NCBI GenBank assembly: GCA_963666205.1
Contig: OY762654.1
Coordinates: 1,696,001 to 1,760,000, forward strand
DNA length: 64,000 bases
Reading direction: 5' to 3'
Source of the DNA: Synergistales bacterium
GTDB lineage: Bacteria; Synergistota; Synergistia; Synergistales; JAFGMB01
Shown here: in pieces, positions 19,277 to 27,480 of the stretch
Position numbering within the stretch: position 1 is the first letter of the stretch
Layout of the letters: the number at the start of each line of letters is the position of its first letter
Program-made: the position numbers and the translations under genes
Notes under the pieces: generated by a model
The model's input: the letters and a program-made list of their open reading frames with translations, nothing else
What the model was told of the DNA's origin: nothing
Databases searched by the model: none

Positions 19277-21598
19277 ATGTTGATGAGAAGACTTAGTATT
19301 GCACTGGCCATGATATTGCTGTTTTCATTCTCCGCATTTGCAGTTGAGATGAGTGTTGAAACCGTTGATGAAGGAAGTACCCAGGGCTACAGCTCTTCCC
19401 TTGCAATTGATGAGGACGGTAACCCCCACATATCTTTTAAAGCAGATTCACAGATCCTCAAGTATGCTTATTTCGATGGAGATGAATGGGTTACACAGAA
19501 CGTGGTGGAGGGATCTAGTTATATTAACCAGACCTCAATCGCCCTGGATTCAGAAGGAAACCCATGTATTGCCTTTCAGAGAGGCGCCTATCCCGACAGC
19601 TCTGTAATGTTCACATCCTTCAACGGCAGCATCTGGGAGACAGTATCAGTTGATCAGGGTTACTCCGGTACGGGAAATACCCTCTCCCTCGCATTCGACA
19701 ATAACGGTGATCCGGGTATTGCTTATACTTATTACGATCAGGAGGATTCATCTGTTCTCAGGTTCGCAAAAAGGGAAAATGGCTCCTGGTCTCGGGATAC
19801 CGTTAATTCCGACGACCATTCTTATTCAAACAAATGCACCCTTGCATTCAGCAGTACAGGTGTGCCCTTCATAGGTTATGGATATTTTACTGATACCTAT
19901 GGAGATACCTGTAATATGTATTATTCATGGCTCGATGAGAATACCGCTCAGTGGCAGATGGAGTTAGTAGACGATCCTATGACCAAAACGGCTTATCAAA
20001 CTTCCACCATGGCTCTTGATACCAACGATAATCCTCACTTCGTTTATTCTGCCAATGATGACGACTCTCTTAGATATGCATTCAAAAATGGAGAAAGTTT
20101 TTCTTTTTTGACTGTTGAAAACGCAGACAGGATTGGACACTACTCATCCCTTGTAATTGATGATGAAAACGTTCCCCATCTTGCATACTGTGCTTTTTCG
20201 GGCGAAAGTGACCTGAAATATGGAGTTCTTCAGGGAAATTCATGGGTAACAAGTGTTGCCGATTCCCAGGGTGATGTGGGAACCTTCCCCTCTATAGCTC
20301 TTGATCCGTCGGGCAATCCCTGTGTCAGTTATCTCGAAGCAGATGATTATGACCTTCAGTATGCCTGTAAAAATGGACAGGAATGGGATGTGCAGACCGT
20401 TCCCATCGAGGGAAAGAGAAGAGGTTCCTGCCCCGAGATAGCCCTGAATTCAAAGGGTGAGCCCAGCCTGGTCTATATGCTTCAGGATACAAGAGCCATG
20501 CTGTTTGCCTCAAAGGATGGAAACGAATGGGAAAGATCCACAATAATTTCCTTCGAAGACCTGGACTCGGGCCATTATTTAAGGGATCCTTCCTACATTA
20601 TCGATGAAGATGATAATGATCATCTGCTTTTTGTATCAGACGATGTGCTTACATATGCGGTAAGGACAACTGATGCATGGGACTTTGAATCCATATCTTC
20701 CGATATTGAGTGCTGGGAATGTGATCTTGCTATGGATAGTTCAGTATGTCCCCATGCTGCTTTTAATATGAGTGAATATCTTGTTATTCCCAGCGGAATG
20801 TCCTCCTCTGCACAGTACACAAGCAATCTGTGGTACGGCACAAAGATCGATTCGGGCTGGGAATTTGAGAGAATTGACATCGGGCGGGTGGATAATATCG
20901 ATATGGTTCTTTCTGAAGATGAAAAAGCCTTCATATGCTATTTCGAAGATAACGAAGATGAGTTGAAGTATTGTGTTCAGAACGAGGTCAGTTGGGACAT
21001 TGGTGTAGTTTCTTCAGATCTGAGGGATGTCCATTCTCTTTCCCTCGAAATGGATTCCTCCGGCATTCCTCACCTGGCCTTTATTTCAACGAATCAGACT
21101 TCCGAAAGTGTTCCACTCAGAGAATCTGAAGTCGTAAGTTATTCGTATACATTGAACCATGCCATATTCTCTGGCAATGATTGGATCATTGAGAAAGTAG
21201 ATGATCTGAAATTTAGTGGAGGTGTAAGGCAGATCAAAATGGTCTTTGACTCCCTTGATAATCCTCAGATAGTATACGGGACAGGTTCTTTCGGGATGCA
21301 GGGGGGAACCGATTCTGACATTAAGGCTGAATTACGATACGCCTGGTTTGACGGTGAGTCCTGGAACAAGGTGATGCTGGATGAAAATTACCTTACCTCC
21401 TTTGCGTCATATTCCACTGTGGTCCTCAATTCAAATGATGTGCCTCACATAGCATATTTCACCGGCACAGGTTTGAATTATGGTACTTTAACATTCGAGG
21501 ATGTTGCAACCGGTGGCGGCAGCACCTGTAACGTGGGGGTCTTCCCGGCAGCATTCGGGCTTCTGATGGTACCGTTACTCTTCCTGCTGCGCAGGTAA
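19277..21598 (+). CDS. Secreted acidic repeat protein (probable beta-propeller) with Synergist-CTERM anchor
   Basis: AGGAG RBS before ATG 19277; signal peptide; more than 10 repeats of S(I/L)ALDxxGNP(H/C)IxY...L.YA...W; CTERM tail. Confidence 0.85.
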   Translation: MLMRRLSIALAMILLFSFSAFAVEMSVETVDEGSTQGYSSSLAIDEDGNPHISFKADSQILKYAYFDGDEWVTQNVVEGSSYINQTSIALDSEGNPCIAFQRGAYPDSSVMFTSFNGSIWETVSVDQGYSGTGNTLSLAFDNNGDPGIAYTYYDQEDSSVLRFAKRENGSWSRDTVNSDDHSYSNKCTLAFSSTGVPFIGYGYFTDTYGDTCNMYYSWLDENTAQWQMELVDDPMTKTAYQTSTMALDTNDNPHFVYSANDDDSLRYAFKNGESFSFLTVENADRIGHYSSLVIDDENVPHLAYCAFSGESDLKYGVLQGNSWVTSVADSQGDVGTFPSIALDPSGNPCVSYLEADDYDLQYACKNGQEWDVQTVPIEGKRRGSCPEIALNSKGEPSLVYMLQDTRAMLFASKDGNEWERSTIISFEDLDSGHYLRDPSYIIDEDDNDHLLFVSDDVLTYAVRTTDAWDFESISSDIECWECDLAMDSSVCPHAAFNMSEYLVIPSGMSSSAQYTSNLWYGTKIDSGWEFERIDIGRVDNIDMVLSEDEKAFICYFEDNEDELKYCVQNEVSWDIGVVSSDLRDVHSLSLEMDSSGIPHLAFISTNQTSESVPLRESEVVSYSYTLNHAIFSGNDWIIEKVDDLKFSGGVRQIKMVFDSLDNPQIVYGTGSFGMQGGTDSDIKAELRYAWFDGESWNKVMLDENYLTSFASYSTVVLNSNDVPHIAYFTGTGLNYGTLTFEDVATGGGSTCNVGVFPAAFGLLMVPLLFLLRR

Positions 21599-21700
21599 GT
21601 CGATTTTAGATTGCCGATTTTAGATTTTGGATTAAAAATATAAGTTCAAAAACCAGAAACAAAAACCCTTCAAGCCGGGCAGATTCATCGCCCGGCTTGC
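21599..21700 (+). repeat. Array repeat copy 4
   Basis: Same repeat and hairpin. Confidence 0.93.
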
Positions 21701-21845
21701 TTGCACTAAATAACTTCTATTTCAACCCATGGATCTGGGACCTGAGTCCTGAAATGTTGAGACATAAGTCCCGATAAAAGATTACAAAATACGATATAGT
21801 GATATCTGTTATAGCTTTTATCTGAAAAGTCACCCAACTTTATAT

Positions 21846-21933
21846 TCAGCAAGGGCAAAACCGTCGAAAGGCGGTGACGCAAAGCCACGGGTCTAAAGCC
21901 TCAAAAGGAAATGATCGCCGGGTTGCCGATGCA
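21846..21933 (+). promoter_or_regulatory. c-di-GMP-I riboswitch copy 4
   Basis: Consensus aptamer with G20 at 21854; perfect terminator ATCTCCGGG-CAGAAAA-CCCGGAGAT-TTTTT at 21958-21987. Confidence 0.93.
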
Positions 21934-22135
21934 GTTCATTTGCCCTTTATGAGTATTATCTCCGGGCAGAAAACCCGGAGATTTTTTGTTTGAGGAGAAC
22001 AATTTCTCTAATGGAATTCAGAATAGATTTTCACATTTTCCCGGGAGGTGGTCGGAACAACTTGTTTTTTAAGGGATGGAGCTTTATTTCAGTTAAATTA
22101 AACCTTTCATAAACTTTTATAAGGAGAGATGAATA

Positions 22136-23332
22136 ATGAAAAGATTAAGTATTTTCCTTGTCCTGTTATTCTGCATGTTCTGTATTTGCGGCACCTCCTT
22201 TGGATATGTGGTCTACTCCGAGGATTTTGAGGCTTTGGATGGAGGATATATCCATAGCGGGACTGGAGATTGCTGGCAATGGGGAACCCCGACAGCATGG
22301 CCCAATGCAGCGGCTTCAGGCACGAATTGCTGGGGAACCAATCTGGCTGGCAACTATGCGAACAACGCAAATTTCTCTCTTGTTTCGGGCTGGATAGATC
22401 TTACTGCCTACCCGGCAGGGACACCACTGACCCTCAAATGGAAACAGGCCCTGGACATAGAAAGCTCAACCTGGGACAACGCTTCCTGCTCGGGTGAAAC
22501 CGATGTCCCTGAGACTGAAATTTTTTGGCAGCACAGTGGGAGTAGCATTACTTACGGCTGGACAGAGGTTTCTGCTGACATCTCCTTCGCTGCAGGTAAA
22601 CAGTTCAGGTTAACCTGGAGATTTTCTACTGACGGCAGTATTACATACGACGGTCTTTTTATCGATGATGTGATGATCGAAGTCTCAATATCCCCAGCTA
22701 CGGATCCTGATCCGGAAGATGGTTCCAGCGGCAATTCATACGAAGATCCTGTCCTTTCCTGGGTATGTGAATCGGCTGACTCTTTCGACCTGTATTTCGG
22801 AACCGCCTTGGATGATCTTGACCTGATCTCTGAAGATATGACAGTGACCTCCTGCGACCTGCCCCTTCTTGAGCAGGGTACAACCTATTACTGGCGGGTG
22901 GATGTCGCATCTGGAGATATAGCTGTATCTGGAGACCTGTGGTCCTTCACTACCCTCCTGGAGAAACCGGCTTCCCCGGATCCCTCGAACGGAGCGGATG
23001 ATGCAGTAAATGCGGATGTAGTCCTCTCCTGGGAGCATCTTTCAGATAACGTTTCTTTCGATGTCTATTTCGGACTGACTTCGGATGATATGGAAGTCCT
23101 TGCGACCGGGATCTCTGAAGGATCGGTGGTTTTAGAGGATGATCTGGATTTCCTAACTGAATATTTCTGGAGAGTTGATGTCAGGACAGAAGATGCAGCG
23201 GAATCCGGAGACCTCTGGAGCTTTACCACAGCGGATGAGAGGGTGTCTGGTAGTGGAGGATGCAACGCCGGTTCAATACCGGCAGCATTCGGGCTTCTCA
23301 TGGTACCGTTACTCTTCCTGCTTCGCAGGTAA
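22136..23332 (+). CDS. Secreted protein: jelly-roll (MAM/cleaved-adhesin-like) domain + two FN3-like domains + Synergist-CTERM anchor
   Basis: WQWGTP..CWGTNLAGNY..FIDDV; two YxWRVDV...GDLWSFTT repeats; CTERM tail. Confidence 0.83.
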   Translation: MKRLSIFLVLLFCMFCICGTSFGYVVYSEDFEALDGGYIHSGTGDCWQWGTPTAWPNAAASGTNCWGTNLAGNYANNANFSLVSGWIDLTAYPAGTPLTLKWKQALDIESSTWDNASCSGETDVPETEIFWQHSGSSITYGWTEVSADISFAAGKQFRLTWRFSTDGSITYDGLFIDDVMIEVSISPATDPDPEDGSSGNSYEDPVLSWVCESADSFDLYFGTALDDLDLISEDMTVTSCDLPLLEQGTTYYWRVDVASGDIAVSGDLWSFTTLLEKPASPDPSNGADDAVNADVVLSWEHLSDNVSFDVYFGLTSDDMEVLATGISEGSVVLEDDLDFLTEYFWRVDVRTEDAAESGDLWSFTTADERVSGSGGCNAGSIPAAFGLLMVPLLFLLRR

Positions 23333-23433
23333 GTCGATTTTAGATTGCCGATTTTAGATTTTGGATTAAAATCATAAGTTCAAAAACCAGAAACAAAAAC
23401 CCTTCAAGCCGGGCAGACCATCGCCCGGCTTGC
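23333..23433 (+). repeat. Array repeat copy 5 (right border)
   Basis: Same repeat; hairpin loop identical to copy 0. Confidence 0.93.
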
Positions 23434-23454
23434 TCTTATCTTTAGGAATCGACC

Positions 23455-23480
23455 GCAGGATGGGCTTCAGCCCATCCTGC
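23455..23480. terminator. Hairpin downstream of ppx, between the converging transcription units
   Basis: GCAGGATGGGC-TTCA-GCCCATCCTGC perfect inverted repeat. Confidence 0.7.
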
Positions 23481-23491
23481 TTTCCGGTCTT

Positions 23492-25090
23492 TCACGATTG
23501 AGGAAGTACTTCCACTTTGACTTCGAAATTTTCTCCGAAGGTTTTTTTAAAGAACTTCTGCTGGTTCTCCAGGGCCCAGAGCTCTATTTCATAACCCTCA
23601 AGGGCCTTTATATTCAACACAAGTCTTCGGGCGTGACGAGAAAACCATGCCTCCTGTATCAACTGATGATGACTGCGGTCAAGGCTTTCTGCTATTGACA
23701 GGAGCATGCTCAGTACCTTTACCGTTTCCCTGGATCGTGGATCAAGGCCTGAAAACTCCGGATGTTTGTTCCTGGGGTATTTTCTGCTGTGATAAAAGGC
23801 GGTGCTGGCCATTATTGCTATCTCACGGGAATAAAAGCCAAGAAGCTCCGCATTTCTGATGATGTAATAGGTATGGGCGTGGTGGTTGACGAAGGAGAGG
23901 AACATTCCCACATCATGGAGCATGGCAGAATATCTGAGAAGTTCTCCCTCTTCATCCCCTAGACTGTGAAGCGCCGATTCCCGGCCACTTTCGAACAACT
24001 GGACTGCCAGTCTCGAAATATGCCGGCCATGGGTTTCGTTGAAACCGCAGCTCCTTCCAAGCTGGAGAACGCTCTGTTCGCGCACTGATATCCGAGGTTT
24101 GGCTTCAAGATAGCCGTATTTCCCCCGGATAAGGTAATCATGTAGCAGTCCGTGTCTCAGGTTTCGTCGGCTTATATGGATCTCCTCAAGTCCCATCTCC
24201 TCCATCAGGGTGTGAAGGATTGCGGCACCTGGAATGATAATGTCGGCCCTCCGGGGGTTCATTCCGCGGACCTTTGCAAGATCCTGCAAAGAAAGTGAAC
24301 ATAACAGTTTTACGGTATTGTCAAGTTCCTGGAGAGAGAGTACTTCCTGCCCCTCCTCGACATCGATTCGCTTTCCCTGGATATTGTTGCGCCTGGCTAT
24401 TTCATAAAGTGTCTCGATGGTCCCCGAGCTGCCTATTGCAAGGTGGGATTCCGTATCCCTGAACCGCTGTATGCTTCTGAGAGCGGAATTGCGGACATGC
24501 TGCTGAAGCAGGTCATAATTATCCATATGAACGGGGCCCTGATCTTCTTCAGGAAAGAACATGTTCTTCAGCCTTACCGCGCCGAGTTTCATGGAATCCA
24601 GGGAAAAGTATTCGAACTGATTTCCCAGAATTGTTTCTGTACTTCCTCCGCCGATGTCCAGAAACATGGCAGTTTTATCCCCGAGATGAAATCCGCTTGA
24701 TACACCCAGGTATATGAGCCGCGCTTCCTCGAGGCCCGAAATGACATTCAGATCAAGGTCTGCTTCGTTCTTTACCCTGTCAATAAACTCATCCCGATTC
24801 TGGGCATCCCTGGTTGCGGATGTTGCAACTGCCCACAGGTCTTTTGCGCCCAGGTTGGCGGACATCTCGACAAAACGCTTCAAGACCAGTATGGTACGGT
24901 CCATGGCTTCCTTGCGGAGCACACCCCGGGTGAACTCCCCTTCTCCAAGGCGTACCATGACCTTATGCTGGTTAATGATGGTATATGATCGATTGGGGTT
25001 GAGGCGGACCACCATAAGTCTGACGGAGTTTGTTCCCAGGTCGATGAGTCCTACCACGTTCCCCGATTCCACATTCAGATTTGGTCCCAC
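23492..25090 (-). CDS. ppx: Exopolyphosphatase Ppx/GppA
   Basis: IDLGTNSVRL, ATSATRDA, DIGGGSTE and C-terminal LHDVG HD domain. Confidence 0.95.
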   Translation of the reverse strand: MGPNLNVESGNVVGLIDLGTNSVRLMVVRLNPNRSYTIINQHKVMVRLGEGEFTRGVLRKEAMDRTILVLKRFVEMSANLGAKDLWAVATSATRDAQNRDEFIDRVKNEADLDLNVISGLEEARLIYLGVSSGFHLGDKTAMFLDIGGGSTETILGNQFEYFSLDSMKLGAVRLKNMFFPEEDQGPVHMDNYDLLQQHVRNSALRSIQRFRDTESHLAIGSSGTIETLYEIARRNNIQGKRIDVEEGQEVLSLQELDNTVKLLCSLSLQDLAKVRGMNPRRADIIIPGAAILHTLMEEMGLEEIHISRRNLRHGLLHDYLIRGKYGYLEAKPRISVREQSVLQLGRSCGFNETHGRHISRLAVQLFESGRESALHSLGDEEGELLRYSAMLHDVGMFLSFVNHHAHTYYIIRNAELLGFYSREIAIMASTAFYHSRKYPRNKHPEFSGLDPRSRETVKVLSMLLSIAESLDRSHHQLIQEAWFSRHARRLVLNIKALEGYEIELWALENQQKFFKKTFGENFEVKVEVLPQS

Positions 25091-26463
25091 GATACAGATA
25101 ACCTTCTCTCAAACACTTTTTCGAAGAGCTGACCCTTTTGAAGGGCCCTTTCTCTCTCTTCTTCCGATGGATGATGGACCATGCAGTGCAGGTTAACCTT
25201 AGCTTCATCCACTTCGCAGAAAATATCCTTTACATTGTCCAGATGTTCCCAGTCCAGACCATCCGCTATTCTTATTATAGATGCCAAGGATTTAACCACA
25301 TTTCTATCCTTCTCTGCAAGTTCCCTGTAATGGGAATGTTTAATGTCCGGATCAGCCTTGCGATGGTATCTTGCGATGGAAGCTACCATAAGGCGCAGTC
25401 GGTTATCGGGAATGACTTCTTCGGCCTTCAATACCATTTCCAGGGCCGTTTTGTGATGCCCTTTCTGTCCCTTTACCCAGCCGATATCGTGTAGATTGGC
25501 TGCCAGTTCCAGCGCCAGACGTCCTTCTTTATTTATGCAGTGGAGCGGGAGAAGCTGATCGAAGAGGCTCAGCGAGAGTTTTGCCACCTGTCTGCAGTGG
25601 GGTGCATGGATGGGAGCATTCTCTTCGAGATATGCCCGGGCCCTCTGCACCGACGGGTCTTCCTCCGGTATACCCGGGTCTCCATTCTCGTGAGGGTCGG
25701 TTACGCAGGGATCACTTTCGGTCTTTTCTTCAGGGGGGTCCACGTCATCCAGGTTTCTGCCCTGGAGGAACATCTCCGAGAATGAGGAGGGCAGTCCTTT
25801 GTTCTCTAACTCAGCAACTGTTTTTTTAACGTCATATTCCACCCTGTAGTGGTCGATCCGGAAAAATCCCGACTTGATCTGAAGGATCGCATAAGAAGCT
25901 CTGGGATCGCCATCATCGGGACGTCCTACACTTCCGGGGTTCAGGAACCATGTTCCGCCGATCTTCTTTGAGAATGCTTCGTGGGAATGGCCAGTGATTA
26001 TTATCTGGGCATTTGCCAGATGGGCCAATTCGGTAAAACGCTCGTCGGAGGTGTCTTTACCCAGGTGTTCGCTTATGCTTGTAGGGCTTCCGTGGGTGAC
26101 GAGGATAGTCTTGTTCCCTGTGACGAATGCTTTCCTGGCCGGAAGTGAGGAGAGATAGTTTCTGGTTTCGGGACCAAGCTGTTCGAAAGCCCACTGGAAG
26201 GCTTTCCACTTCTCGGGGCGTTTCTTCTTTTTCCATTCCTCCAGTTTCTGCTCTACTTTCAGCACTTTTCTGTCGTAATTTCCTATAACGCTAACTGTCT
26301 CTTTTCCCATGAGGAGCTTTACGGTCTCCTCCGGACATGGACCGTAGCCAGTGTAGTCTCCAGTATTGATTATGATATCCGCTCCCCTGTCGGTCAGGTC
26401 TTCCAGAACGGCCTCAAGAGCGGCCAGGTTTGCGTGAACATCTCCGATAAGGGCTATCTTCAT
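25075..26463 (-). CDS. Metallophosphoesterase fused to a Ppx-type HD domain
   Basis: GDVHAN, GD, GNYD, HGSP, GHSH, NPGSVG; C-terminal LHDIG...IARYH...RIADGLD. Confidence 0.88.
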   Translation of the reverse strand: MKIALIGDVHANLAALEAVLEDLTDRGADIIINTGDYTGYGPCPEETVKLLMGKETVSVIGNYDRKVLKVEQKLEEWKKKKRPEKWKAFQWAFEQLGPETRNYLSSLPARKAFVTGNKTILVTHGSPTSISEHLGKDTSDERFTELAHLANAQIIITGHSHEAFSKKIGGTWFLNPGSVGRPDDGDPRASYAILQIKSGFFRIDHYRVEYDVKKTVAELENKGLPSSFSEMFLQGRNLDDVDPPEEKTESDPCVTDPHENGDPGIPEEDPSVQRARAYLEENAPIHAPHCRQVAKLSLSLFDQLLPLHCINKEGRLALELAANLHDIGWVKGQKGHHKTALEMVLKAEEVIPDNRLRLMVASIARYHRKADPDIKHSHYRELAEKDRNVVKSLASIIRIADGLDWEHLDNVKDIFCEVDEAKVNLHCMVHHPSEEERERALQKGQLFEKVFERRLSVSWDQI

Positions 26464-26481
26464 TTCTCTCACCTTCCAATA

Positions 26482-27477
26482 CTAAAGGTCGGCCGGGACC
26501 TTGTCTTCAAGAAGGTCGTAACCGGAACGAAGGGTGTTTTTGAGTTTTTCCCAGAAGTTTTCAGAGATCAGCCTGTCCCAGCATTTCAGGAACTCTTCAT
26601 ACAGTTTTTCCCTTGAGTTTCTTCGTTCTGACAGTAAATGCTCTATTCCCCTTTTTATTTTAGGAATGGGTCTGGAATGGCCGTAGTACTCCATGGTTCT
26701 GCGGGTCTCTTCCTCGATAAAACGGGGAAGAAAGTCGGACCACACATCGCAGTCATGTATATCTCCAATAAGGGTCTGCAGGTTCTTCACTTCTTCTATG
26801 TAGGGCTTTAGTTGCGTATTATAGGGCAGGTCGTAGAATTCGAGGGTGTAACGCAGACGCTTGGCAGATTTTCTAAGTGCATGGATCTGTTCTACGTTTA
26901 CTGGGTCACGTACAAAATCATCGTAGCTGAGAGCATCGGCCATTCTCTCCATTCCCCTATCCACGGCAGTGCTGAATATGGACTCCGAAAGAGGGGGTAC
27001 TTCCTCTACCCTTGCTTTTCCCAGCACTTCGCGGAAGCACTCCATCATGTTCTGTTCCACTCCGCTGTTTACAAAGCGGTCGATAGCCTTTCTGACCCGT
27101 TCCTGAAGGGCTTCCCTGTTCTGTCTTATTCGCAGACAGAGTCTCTGAACGCCTCGTTCCAGGTCGGAGTCGGCCGTGTCTTTGAGCGATTCTTCCAGTA
27201 CCAGCAGCTGCACATCCGCATCCCTGGCTTCACCGAGGGCCCTGGTTATCCGTTTTATCTCCTTTTCCCAGGCCTGGACCTGGTTTGCCGGGAAACATGA
27301 GGCAAACAGGGGCAGGGCGCTTCTCAACCTTCTGGTTGCCACCCTCATTCGGTGAACGTATTCCGTATCCTCAAAGGCGTGATCTCTCACCCCATCGATT
27401 TCTGCGGTCAGCCTGCCCAGGTGCTTGAGCAGGGTTCTGGCGCCGAAGGCACAATAGGACAGGTCGATCTTACTCAA
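26482..27477 (-). CDS. CHAD domain protein (polyphosphate-binding)
   Basis: VHRMRVATRRLRS, HALRKSAKRLRY, LIGDIHDCDV. Confidence 0.92.
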   Translation of the reverse strand: MSKIDLSYCAFGARTLLKHLGRLTAEIDGVRDHAFEDTEYVHRMRVATRRLRSALPLFASCFPANQVQAWEKEIKRITRALGEARDADVQLLVLEESLKDTADSDLERGVQRLCLRIRQNREALQERVRKAIDRFVNSGVEQNMMECFREVLGKARVEEVPPLSESIFSTAVDRGMERMADALSYDDFVRDPVNVEQIHALRKSAKRLRYTLEFYDLPYNTQLKPYIEEVKNLQTLIGDIHDCDVWSDFLPRFIEEETRRTMEYYGHSRPIPKIKRGIEHLLSERRNSREKLYEEFLKCWDRLISENFWEKLKNTLRSGYDLLEDKVPADL

Positions 27478-27480
27478 GAG

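Noticed and set aside
11445-23433. CRISPR array, integron or diversity-generating retroelement as an explanation of the repeats
   Set aside because: Repeats are about 100 bp and kb-spaced around whole genes that have their own leaders. No cas gene, integron integrase, attC-type ends or reverse transcriptase is visible, and the differences between duplicated segments are too few and scattered for a TR/VR pair.
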